Source of the DNA: Hydrolagus colliei
Taxonomy: Eukaryota
Assembly: GCA_035084275.1 (NCBI GenBank)
Contig: CM068748.1
Span: forward strand, 9,424,001 to 9,488,000
DNA: 64,000 bases
Direction of reading: 5' to 3'
The position numbers were made by a program, and so were the translations under genes. The notes beneath the pieces were generated by a model that was given only the letters and a program-made list of their open reading frames with translations, ran no database searches and was not told where the DNA came from. This document shows positions 36,735 through 48,995 of this stretch, one piece after another (position 1 is the stretch's first letter; each line of letters begins with the position of its first letter).

Positions 36735-39700
36735 GTAATTATTTTATTTTTTACATTTTATTTAAGCTTGGAATTCGGCTAAAAAAAACTTTTTTTCCCC
36801 CATTATCTTTCAGTTTATTTATAAGGTTCACTTGAGATAATTGGTACCAAGTAGAAGCATCGTATTGATATTATTTGGATAGTAATGTATAGGAGTTTAT
36901 TGCTTGGAAATCATACCAATCTCCTGAGTTGAAGTGTTGTAACATTTATTATGTAATCAAATTCTTATGTCATTGATGTTCTTGCTTAGAGAGTAGCAAG
37001 TTGGCGTTATTGAACATGGCAGAAAAAATGTGACTCTGCATGGATTTAGTTTTGCTTTACATAAACATGCTGATGACCGGTCGGTTTCAAACGTATGGGC
37101 TTGACATCTGAAACTGCATAATGGATCTTTGATGTAAAAATGCAATGGACTCGTGTTTTCAATCATCATCTTAAATGATATCACATAACTATGGTAACAA
37201 TTTATGCTATTTTACAATGTTCAATGCCAGGTGCCCTGCTCTATGAAAAATGTCTACTCTATTGACTGATTATTACAAAACAATCAAGAATTCTAAAGAC
37301 TCTGATATATAATTTAATAATCTTTTGGTGTTGCTTGGTGATAAATATTTTTCAGCTCTCTTTAAAGAACTAAGTATTTGAAGGTCTCAAGCAAAATCAA
37401 ATCATTGAATTGATGTTGTACCTGGAGTACAATTAATTTGAGTACATATTGGTGAGAATGAATTTGAAGAGTATTCATTGATTGGTTCAGTTTTAAGCTG
37501 TTGGATACATATTTTTAGTGTTAGTCATTTTTCAGAATATGAAGAGACTAAAGGTTAATCTAGCAGAGTAAGCAGTTCAGAAAAGTAGCAGTGTTGCAGA
37601 AGGGATTTAAAGGTTTTGGCAGGCTGGATTCTGGATAATTATCTATGCACATTGGGGGGTCTATATTACCAGTTGCCCTGTTGCCTAGAGCAAGTATAAA
37701 ACAGTTGGGCATGTAAAACAAAACCTTGCGTGCCTGAATGGGCATGTTTTAGGCCTCTGTGTTAATCCTCAAAAGTAAAAAATATTGGGCACTTAATGAC
37801 AGCTCTTCCATTTCTAAATGTGGTTTGTATTTTTTTTCTATCCTTTGTGCCTCTCACGGTGTACTGTGCCCTCCTTCAATCTGGAATTTGAGACAGTTTG
37901 GGCATGAAATCTTTACATGGTTAATATCAATGCCACCCTAGTGGCAAAAAGAACGTTTTGAGGGACATGATAGGTGTCCCCTAAGATGAAGAGATCTACC
38001 ACTTTGAAGCACAATACCTAAACGGTCCAGACTTGGAGGAGCAAAACCAATCCACAGAATATAGCTGAGTCTAATGTCAATGAAGGCTGTAATTTGAAAC
38101 CATACGCTTTGCATGTACTTTTTGCCATTATTGGCCAAATCTATTTTGGCATTCAGGGGCCGCCTATTAAAATAAGATGCTCCTATTCGATGAGATAAAG
38201 CGTGAACGTTGTGGAACCAGGCTAAATTTGCTAAATGTGCAAATGAGTCTTTGCATATCAGTTGACTTTGTGCACGACTGGGCCAATTTATTGCACTGGG
38301 TAGAGCGGTTCTGAATTGCTTAACATTTTAAACCATTTGTGGAGCAGTTTATAAAGATTGTCAGCATATATCCAATTATCTAAAACAGTTTGTTAGCTAG
38401 CTAATTAGTTTTGAAAATCAAGGGTTCAGATAAGCATAACTTAACAATTACAATGTTAAATGAAACAGCAACATGAAATCAGCTTGTGAATGTGGTTGTT
38501 TGAATAATTGGAAAACACATCATTGTTGGTGTATTGCATTAGGTCTGATTTTAAGACCATTGATTGTGTAGAGAGCCACTTGCCCACAGTGCGAGTCCAT
38601 AAAATGTTAATGTAGATCACTGCATATTTTATTTTTCTATTTTATTGCAATTCCAACTGTTTTCAAGTAATTTATTGTACTGTATTCACCCCATAGCACC
38701 ATCAGCACACTGCATACATATTTAGTTAAATATGATTGAATGTGCTTACTTAGCTCGAGATTCTGGCTGCTTGCCAAAGGAAGGTTCTGATTTAAATGTG
38801 CTCTACTTTTTGTAATGCTGAGAAAGAATATTTGAAATCACCAGAGAATAATGCTGCTGGCTGCAACAACCAAGTGTTCAGGGAACTGGCTTTTGCTCTT
38901 TATTTGTTAAGATACAATAAAAAATCAACCATCCAATAAATTAATAAATGATTATATTGGTGACAGAAGTCAAATAATATGCAGTTATAATTTTTAAATT
39001 TTAGAAAAACATGAAGTGTTTGATTCTTGTTGAGAGGGCTCTGCAAATCAATGTTATCGTTTTTCAAATATCCAGGAAATATGAAGGAAAAATGGTTTCC
39101 ATTCCAAGCTAATATTGGAGCAATTCCAATTTGATGTGTTGATTGTTACATAATGTTCCTCTTACGGGTTTGGGGGAATTATCTCTACACAAGTTATCTG
39201 TGTATCTAACTGACAACAAGGGCAGTCTTTAAGGAATGCATTATTCATTGTTGAGTTCACTGTACAGTATGTATAGTGGTCCTATAATGTCTTATCATCT
39301 GAATGCATTACTTTGCAATTACTGAACTAAATATTTGATCAAAATGTCCTAATTTTGCAACAATAAAAATCACTCACTCAGATTAAGCACCTTTCCATCT
39401 TTCCCATCTTTCCATTGGCACAAATTATTTTTTGGCCTATTTTCTACTTTGTTTTCTCTCCCTCCATGCTCACCCATCTCATGCACCATTGTTGAGAAGG
39501 TAAGAAGGAAATCTGTTGCCAGGCATTGGCTGAGGCCTCTCAAGCTGGCTACTCAGACACGATTCATCTTTGGGGAGTGTTTAGCCTCTTCTTGACACCT
39601 CACTTTGTTGATATGGTCAAAAAACTTGACCATGTTTGTTTGCAACTGTGGCCTAAACCCTGCTCCTTCCATTCTGAGGAAGAAGATATTAGTATGCCAA

Positions 39701-40344
39701 TACACTGTTCTACCACTACATCACATAGATATAGCATGCCCCATTTATCACTGTCATATTGGTTCATCAATATGTTACACTAATACACTGCTCTATCATA
39801 ATTGAATATTAATTTACAATTTTTATTCAATTATGTTCTGAAATTATAAATATACCTGACATAAGACTTAGATTATTTGCATAGACTGTACATCAACAAA
39901 TACATTATCATTCACGCTGATACAGTTGACTTGTAAATGCTTGGTCTCTCAAATGTAGAAATGAATTATGACACATTTTAACATGGATAAAGAATTTACT
40001 AGAACAATTTGCATTTATATATCTCTCCTTACATACTGTAAAGTCTTGGAGCAGTTGATCACAGGTTTTATAGAAAACTAGCTTCAAAATTAAGTGTGAT
40101 TTGCAAACTTTTTGATACTCTATAATGTTACTTTAAAATGTTACTTAAAGTCCAGACATGGCAGAATTTCTTCCAGCTAACATTAGGACCAGGCGTGTTG
40201 TTTTCCATTGGGCTGTCAGGAAGCTCTGAATAGTCTGTTAATATTTCAGTGGTTAGAACTGTTCTCAGTATTTCTGGTGCAAACTGACCAGATCATTGCA
40301 CAGCTGGGATTCTAGGATTTGAACTCAACAAATTTGGCACTCGA

Positions 40345-40479
40345 CAAAAGGCAAAATACTGCAGATGCTGGAAGTCTGAAATAAAAACAGAAGTCACTGA
40401 GAACACACAGCATCTCAGGCAGCATCTATGAAGAGAGGAAAGTGAGTTAAAGTTTCAGATCGATGACCTCTTATCAGAA
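40345..40479 (-). mobile_element. Penelope-like element terminal-repeat remnant carrying a degenerate minimal hammerhead motif
   Basis: aaaatactgcagatgctggaagtctgaaataaaaacaga...ggcagcatct...gagttaaagtttcag resembles a very common shark Penelope-derived repeat as recalled. The minus strand reads CTGATAA-gAGGTCatcGATCT-GAAA-CTTTA. Confidence 0.7.
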
Positions 40480-41959
40480 TGTGGCACCAGACTTGTTCAC
40501 TTTATTATTTCCACTTCACCATGAGCATTGAGTCAACTATCACCTCCAGATTTCTTTCAGCTTCCTTCATGACAGGTTGTACCCTGAGCCTAGAGTACAC
40601 ATGCTTATTTATTTTTACTTTGAATATAAAATATCTTGTATTTGAACTTCATCTGTCAGTGATCAACTTAGGTCCATTCCCAATCAACCTCAGATATGAT
40701 CATAAGATATATATTATATATATATATACAATGTGGATTTTTGATTGGATTTCCCATTATAGACAAGTAGGGAAAACATTTCTATTTGTAGTGATTGATA
40801 TATGATAGCTCTTAAGTACAAGGAATTTATAATGGATCAGTACAAATATCATTTGCTATGTATAATCGTCTTACAAATGCCACAGATATCATATCCTGTT
40901 TTTTGTTAAATGGCAACACAACATATTAGCAAATAAAAACTCATTAAAATATAAACTTCACTGCTTTGTGTTCAAAAGTGCTCGTTTGTTGAATTATTTC
41001 TAATTTGTTGAATTATGTGTTATAGCCAAGAAGCAAATTTGTCCAGACACAGTAGATGTTTTAAACTGTAACTGCTTCTCATTCTCATTTAAAAAATTTA
41101 ATTCAAGATGATCTTATTAAATGAAATCCATCAGGGATGCAAGTGTAATTTTGACTATGTCTGATTTCTGTTTCACTCAGTTGTTTAATTTTCATGTCTA
41201 TTTACAATGCAATCTCAAAGAAAAAAATGTTGAAAAACAAACACTGTGTCATTTCAAAGGAAAAACATGAAAAGAAACCTAGTTTCCATTTTGACTCAAC
41301 TGTATTCATGAAGAGTGACACTATTATTCCCTGTGACTTGTTTCGTTAGAGTGCTGCCATTTAAAAAATTATTTGCACAGTAATAAGGTTATATTTGCAA
41401 CTGTTTAATTTCCAATGTAGATAAGATAATGCTCTATTGGATCATAGTAATATTTTTTATTCTGATTATCCTTCCATTGCTCTTTGAACAGTGCCTGTGA
41501 CAACACTGTGATTAATAGGTTTCAGATCAGCTTGCTGAAAACAATAGTTCATGCAAATTTTTCAAAGTCAAAATGTGTCACAAATATGTCGAAGCTATTT
41601 CCAATCATGTTTTTTTTGCTACAGTAATTGCATTTGTAAGGAATTCCATATGATAAAGTATTGCATTAACTCAGTCGAATAATGATACCCCATAATTTGT
41701 AAAATATGTTCCGGTCTTTCATGCCATCTCATTGCCTGAGGTCAGAATGGAACTTATGGAAAGCTGTTTGCATTTTATTCAGTTCTCAGATACACTGAGA
41801 GATAGATCTCACAAAAATGTTTCTCACTCGCACACCACATACACAATATATCGGCATTAAGAAAAATACATTTCAAGAACAATTACCAAAGTGTGTTTAA
41901 GGTACTGTACTTAAAAATTGTAATATAAAAATTCAATGCATGTCTTTACAAATATGCTA

Positions 41960-42330
41960 TTTTAACATGATAAATCGTTTCCCACGTTTAAAATATGTCG
42001 GTCTTCCAGAGTGCCTGTCTATTTTGATAGCATATTGCTTTGTGATGATTTCAAATATCTCTATGCGGTTCTCCATGAATTTCCCTTCAAATGTTATTCC
42101 CTTGTTCGTTCCACTTGGATATGGTCCACCAGTGCTGGCCACTCTCTTGTACCTCACCCAACAGCTAATATCATGTGTGAGCTCTGGCAGGCTATACTGC
42201 GGGGCCACCACAGCTGAGAGGATTATTTTCTCATCCAACATCCATGTGAGCTACTTTCCAGTAGTGTTGTGGGTCATCAATTAGTGGGCTTGGGGACCCT
42301 GGCTGATTTCCCTCACTAACCTGAGCATAA
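41960..42330 (-). mobile_element. Highly degenerate CR1-type LINE ORF2 remnant
   Basis: A minus frame with stops gives ISQGPQAH*LMTHNTTGK*LTWM (cf. FDKVPH..L..HGI.GK.L.WI) and ENRIEIFEII...IDR (cf. GDLIEVFKII...VDR). Confidence 0.45.
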
Positions 42331-42417
42331 CAAGGCACCAATTGGAGTAACCCAACTGCTGTATTGACCAAGCTTTCCAGTCTATTTGAGCGTCTTTGCT
42401 CATTAGGACACTACAGA

Positions 42418-42490
42418 AATACAAGAACAAAAGAACATAAGAATTTGCTGGATGAAGGAAGACCAAGGTCCATCCAGTTCTCCTTCCATT
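42418..42490 (-). mobile_element. CR1 3' tail fragment
   Basis: acaagaacaaaagaacataagaa...gaccaaggtccatccagt is a typical CR1 terminal repeat (ttcttatg)n on minus. Confidence 0.55.
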
Positions 42491-43789
42491 ATTATACTTC
42501 TGTTTTCTTTCCTGTAATGTGTGTGTATGTATATATATATATATCTCCAGAGCATGCATCTACTATATACAATTAAGAAGACAGCTGGTTAACCTAGCTC
42601 CATCCCTCTGTGATTTCATCTTAGTGTAGCCATATGGGGCCTATAATTGCAGCCTGGGGCTATTGAGGTTAAACCACCTTTCTTGGTGTATGAATCTATT
42701 GGGAGAACTTTTACTTTTCCTCAGCATCTTCTTAGAGAAGTACAATACATTCTAAGATTAGAAATGTAATTAATAAATTCAGACTCAAAAGCCAATAGTT
42801 ATCTCAATAGGTAATCCTTGCTGGAATTTGCATCTATGCCAGCTTCACTTTGTGCAGAAGGTTTTTCCTACTAAACATACCATTCATGAATAGTGAACAT
42901 TTATTTTGTACCATAAAAAACTTTAATAGCTCATTTTTTTTCTCCAAATCCCTCTATGCTTTTTTTCAATCTAGCCTGGATGAACAATACATTAAAATGA
43001 AAATTACTAAGGCAAATGGCATTTTCTTAATGTTCTTGCCTTTATGTCATAATATAAACTCAATTTAGGGATGTGCTATCAATATGAACCAGCCAGCAGG
43101 CCCCGAATAAATTGAACAGGGAGAAACATAGCAGTTTAGTTTTTGTTTTGTTTGGGTTTTTACCTGTATGAACTCATGCCACGCCTGGTATTGGCTGCTG
43201 TTAAATAACTAATACAGATGTTGTCAGATGCAACCTTTGTGTATACATTTCTTTTGGGAAGAGAGAGTTTAATGCTTATGGCTTATCATTTTTCTGTTGA
43301 CATTGGTCAGAATCAAGCCTTTCCAGGTCAGATATAGATTTGGGAGATATGGGATAATAATACTTTTCAATATTAATGCAATCACAGAAACGTACCCTTG
43401 CACTGCACCAGTCTGATAATTCCAATGGTTTTCTGAGTAAAATTGCCGATTTTGTGTTAATTGGTGCCAATATCTGTGTTAGTTTGTGTTGTGGACATTT
43501 GCCCAATAAATATGAGGTTGAGATTGCTAATATTTTTTTAAATGCCTTGTATGTGTAATAACTAGTATAAGATATATTTGTGCCAACTCAATAGATTTCA
43601 AACTAGGGATGCCATATTATAATTTATTATTATCCTTTAAGATGGAAAAATGCTTACAATGCAGAATGCAATGGTAATGAAAAATATTCTGCATTGACCG
43701 AATTGTATCTTAATTGTACCTTGAAGAGGGTAAGATTATGTTGGCATTTTGGAAGAGATTGAAACTTCTGTGAAAATAGACTGATTGTG

Positions 43790-44139
43790 TAATAATAATA
43801 ATCCTTGCATTTGATGTAGCGCTTTTCACATCTTATCGATGTCCCAAAGCGCTTCACAGAATATACTGTAAAGTGAATTGACTGTATATTTGTGGGCGAA
43901 TCGCGGCAGCCAATTGCGCATAGCAGTGTCCCATAAACAGTCATGGATTGAAATGACCAATTTTATTATTGTGTTTTTTTTGGACGGATTATTATTAGGC
44001 ATGTGGAGTAAGGAAACTTGCCCAAGGTTTTGCTTTGACCTGCCTGGATTCGAATACAGATCTCTCCAGCTTGGTCTCCCCAGCTTGGTCTCCCCAGCTT
44101 GCAAGACAAGTGCTCTAACCACTACGCCACAGGAGTCCA
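43790..44139 (-). mobile_element. Full-length, well-preserved SINE family A with tandem duplication in the head
   Basis: Complete tail-to-head match; ccagcttggtctcc occurs twice; B box ggattcgaatac on minus. Confidence 0.93.
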
Positions 44140-47100
44140 CGAGTCTACTGCACTATCCATATTTTGATTGCTTGCTGAAACAGGGAACAACAAAATCTCC
44201 CACTCTTCAGATTTGAAAGTAATGTGGAAATGAAACCTATTATTCTTTTCTGGTTTGAAGTTGCCATCTCATTTTACAAGGGAAATAATAATGAAACATT
44301 ATGATGACTGAACTGTGCATTTGTTTCCAGTTGAATACAGTAGTTAGGGTTCAGTGATGTAATCAATTTCTTGGCTAGAAAGTTCATTCCTTCATCAGGA
44401 CTCAGTATGGTCACCCCAACAACATAGCTCCAAATTATGCCCTTTCTATTTCATCCAAAATGATTGATGGCACTTATAGTGGGTATCCTATGTGCTTGCA
44501 GCAAGCTTGTTGTTAAGCAGAAAAGAATGAACAGTGATTAATCTATTAACTCAGTTTGGCTTGCTGCCCTTTAGCTTTTGCTATTCTGTGAGGGTACACT
44601 TTGGGTTATACGTTTATTTGTCATATACAAGTCTGATTTTTTGGAAAAAAAATTGGAACTTAAAGAAAGATTGGAAATCCAATTTAAAGAAAAGTTTAAA
44701 GAGAAATATTTAAAACAATTAGTGAAAGATTTTGGTTGTATTTCGAGCCATTTCTGTCTTTCTATTTCAGTGGAGGAAGGTTGTTTTAGATGTTCAGAGT
44801 ATTCAGTGTTGTGTAGGTTGCTTTGTATGCAATCTGTGTGCCATGATTTTTATTTGCTGGCATGCTGAAAATTTACATGTTCCTTTATCCATTATGAAAC
44901 ACTGAATCTGTTCATGTAGTTAGTTTCCTCATGACTGCAGCTTGGACTGCGGCCAGTAATCTGAGTCTGCATGATGTAAATTGTGAGCTGGGACATAAAA
45001 AATGCATTTGTAGTTGGAAAAGTGTAAACAGATTGGGAAATTAAATAAAACAAGGGAGTGATTAATTGTCTTCAGATTTACTCTGCAAATTGTTTTTTTT
45101 GTCTTTCTAATGAAGTCATCAGGACTCTTCAAGCACTTATTATAATATTTTACTTCGGTGTTTCATTTTACTGTTCAGCTTCTAAACAATGTGCATTTCT
45201 GCCAGGGTGACCTTTTAGGAAATGAATAGCTTTATTGTCTGTCCATTTCAGTGACTGAAACAACAATGTGGTTATTAATATGAGTCATACTTTGAAATGA
45301 AAACATCTCTAAAGGTTTTATACATTTTATTCTTTCCAAACAGTTGTTTGCAATTCTATTCCCATTTTCCTGTTGCATTGACCAAAGTGATATTTGGACA
45401 CAGTATCTTGGCTTGATGCAGCTTTCTGTGTTTGTGGTATGGCACATGAGGCACATTGCTGGAATTGGAAAAAGAAACTTTTATCAGTGGTTTCAAATTG
45501 GTGCCTCTGCGTTTTACTTTCCATCACTAATATGACAAATGCGGGAGAATCCGCATATTTTTATGCCTCCCCATTTTCTGTGGGGTTCTTTTCATTGCTG
45601 CATCTAGAACCACAAGCATTTCGTTCTGAGTGGAAGAAGTAGTCTGTGGCAGCCGGAGCAGTATCTGTCAATGGAGGGACTCGTTAATGTAAGATTTGCA
45701 CAAAGTGCCTGGGAACACAAATTCAAAAACTCTGGGCACGAACAGTGGTGTACGGGAAAAGGTCCTGAGCTACACTGAGATTAATTTTACATTCTAAGAA
45801 ATGGAGCAAAAATATCACAGAAGCAAGAAACAGATCTGCCATGACAGCCTGCTGCAGAAGACTCAATTTATTTACATCTAACTGCTACATATGCAATTTA
45901 TTCTGGATTGCGATTACTTTTTTTTGTTAGAGGATATTAAATCTCCGTAGTTCTCCCTATACAACTGCCACCAAGCTATATGTTTCCTGTAGGTGAGAGG
46001 GCAAGAAAGTGACTGACTGCCCCCAGGCCTTTACCAATGCTACTCTTCAGTTACCAGCCAGGCCAAACACAACAAAGGCAAGGATTCTCTGTCTTTGATT
46101 TTCACTCCTCTTGCGGACTGTAATACCATCTCACACCAGCCTGGGTGAGATTGGAACTACGTGACTTAAGGATTGAGGATGCGTCCCAGCCCCTGTTTCT
46201 GCCATGTATCAGTGCTCCATACACAGTGCCAACTGGCAGAGAATGGTAGCTGTTTTTTCTGCATTAGCAATTGTTAATTCATTGCCAATGAAAATGTATA
46301 CCATTCATGTACCTGAGGCCTTCATAGTCCACCTATGGAAGACAGCAGAATAGAGAAAAAACAAACCAAGACTACGATAGATGGATCAAAGGAATTTCGT
46401 AATACTTCATCATGGTACTTTTGATGTACCAATGCTTTAGGGGACGAATGCTCTTCCACATTTGCCTCACAATAATCAACTGTTGTTACTGGTGGTACAT
46501 TACCAGTGCAAAAAAGGTGGAGTTAATGTAAATGCCAACAAATACTACTTTGGGGCTGGTACAGGGCAGAGAGTTTTGCCATGCTGCCACAACAGCTTGT
46601 GTTTTGTTATGACTTGGCAGCACTGCTAAACAGTGTCACAGGAATATCAGATTATTGCATTATTTCAATCTCTCCAGTGTTGGAAAAGAGGGGGCGAGGT
46701 TAAGGAATGTGACACTAATGTGTTGCTTGTCTCATGCCACTAATAATCAAACTTCGAGCACGAGTTGTAGTCCTATGTTACTATCTCTTTATTGATGTTC
46801 TGCCTCACAGGGCACTTTGTGCAAACTCTTATTGAATGTTGTCCTATTTAAAGGTTTCTTTTCCCATACAAGCAGGAGAGGAAATGTTTTTTTTAAACTG
46901 CCTGTTCATCAGTGCCAAAATGTGGCTAAAAGGAACAAAGGATACATATTTATTCAGCAAGGATAGTTTCTACACTACAACGATCATGAAAAACATGCTA
47001 TAAATTTTCTAAATGGAGAGTGCTGACAATAAAAGTAAAATTGAGCTCTTGTGTTTTTTTTCCTTTTTAAAACATGGCCAACATGCAAAGAATCCAGAGA

Positions 47101-48597
47101 GGAATTTGTGGCATTTAAAATAAAAAGAATTGAGCAATGTTTGAAAGAAACTGAATACCACGGCAAATGGCCCTGATCTACCACATAGTTGCATGTAACC
47201 ACTGCAGTGAAGTGAAGGAAAGCTAGAGCCATGGGTGAATGTGATAGAAGCAGCATGGAGGCAGGCGAGAAGTTAATTTAACACTGAGTTATTTGAATGC
47301 TGGAGCTGCTTATCGCACTGCGCCTTTGAACAACATACATTTCCTATCCAAATCATATCAACATTATACTGTACTAGTAAATGCCGAAAGAATTCAGGAC
47401 TATTTTGGGGCCATGACCAATACTTGAGATTATTATAGAGGGGTTGTTTACATTTTGCAGTTTGTTCCGTGCAAAATTAGTTTGGAACCCATTTTTATGT
47501 TCTGAAATATGTACCTTTACTGTGCAATAAATAGATCAATGTTTTAATGAAAAAAGATGTATGGGAACGGTAAATACTGAGAGGTGTTTGCTAAATATGT
47601 AAATGTTGCAAACAGCATGTGATTACATGACAGGGCTCAGGATTATAAAAGATTTATTCTTTTAATTGGGGCAGCATGTCTGGAAATGGCAACATAAGCT
47701 GAGAGCAGTTTGGTACGTGATATACTGTACTGTACAATACTTGAAGCAGAACACAGCACCTGTGTCAATATGTTTGTTACCAGTTTGCTATTGTGCATTG
47801 ATGTTCCACTTGTGTTTCATTTTTCTTCTTGAAAAATCAAAAAACGTGCAGGTCTCAGAAGTTTCAAGGTAACATAAAAGCCATCAACATGAGCTGTTAT
47901 CTGTTGTGTCTGTTACACAATTTCTCTGCAGCATAAGGCTGTAAAAAGCAATCTTCCCAGCATTTATGTTTTCCTTTAGGCTTTTACATGCATAAGCTAA
48001 GGAGAAAATGTTTTTCTGAAAAAAGGTCAATTGGCAGGAGAGTATTTCAGTACCTATGGATCGATGTGCTATCTCTCACTGAATTTTATAGGTAAGGAAT
48101 GTTCCTAAGAAGGAAAATATTTGCACTCTTCAAGCAGTGTAATTTAAAAGTTATGATTTCAAACAGGAAGACATGGGTGATTTAATACCCTGGTACATTA
48201 TGAGTAAAAACAGGAATAGACTGGTGAGCAAAGAGATCTAATCTGCCCAGGAAGTGCAAAAACAATTAAAATAATATGGTTTGGGTAATTATTCCCTTCC
48301 CCATTATGAAAATCTGAATGACAAAATAAAAGTGACAAAACCCTCCAGAAAATACCAACCAACATTCCAATTGAGAAACAACATCAGAGACTGAATACAG
48401 TCTTTGTTTCCTTATAAGAAGGAAAACAAGATAATTTATTTATACTGTAGTTGTATTTAGAAAAGTATTATTTTGCCAAGAGAAGATGCACTGGAAAGGT
48501 TTGATTAATTATGGAAAGTAATTTGTGGACTTATTGGAAATATCTTTGATACTGTTTTCATTGATTTGCGTTCAATTCAAAGTGTTGGAATATTCAG

Positions 48598-48995
48598 CAA
48601 TAACAACAAATTGCATTTATATACAGTAAAAGCCCGTTTATTTGGCACCTGATCAACTGTAACTTCCGTATAACTGGCATTGCAAAAACAGGTCCACAAT
48701 CCATTAACCGGAATTGATCCGGAAAAATGCATTGAATTTTTTTTTTTTTTTTGCGTCTTCTGCCGAATATCCAGCACGCGCTTTAACCAGTATTGGCCAG
48801 GTCCCAAGGGTGCCGGATAAACAGGCTTTTACAGTATATATTCTTTCACTTTGGGATGACATCTCAAGTGCTGGACAGTCAAGGGTGTGCACCTGAGTTG
48901 AAGGGTTAGAATCAAGAGGGGCTAAGAGGGATGGGAGGATGAGCAAAGACATGGTCAAAGGTTTTGAGATGGGCCTTGAAGGAGACAGGGAAGGG
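48598..48995 (-). mobile_element. L2 3' end interrupted by the MITE
   Basis: caataacaacaaattgcatttata tail, continuing after 48835 with ctttcac...gacatctcaagtgct...caaagacatggtcaaagg. Confidence 0.55.
48624..48834. mobile_element. Tc1/mariner-superfamily (Tigger/pogo-like) MITE, 211 bp, TA target duplication
   Basis: ~26-bp TIRs: cagtaaaagcccgtttatttggcacc versus the reverse complement of ggtgccggataaacaggcttttacag. TA flanks both sides. Confidence 0.85.

Noticed and set aside
37070-37120. CTGATGA followed by a downstream GAAA as a possible second hammerhead
   Set aside because: The intervening sequence cannot form a stem II closing on GAAA, and there is no helix I/III pairing.
37650-38300. 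Possible non-autonomous DNA transposon with inverted segments (gcctgaatg / cattcagg)
   Set aside because: Convincing TIRs or a target-site duplication could not be defined by eye.
41957-42241. 94-aa minus-strand ORF that reads like a real protein, with an acceptor-like cttgtatttctgtag upstream
   Set aside because: In-frame stops lie immediately upstream and the residual motifs resemble CR1 ORF2. The apparent acceptor is a CR1 tail. Best explained as a LINE fossil.
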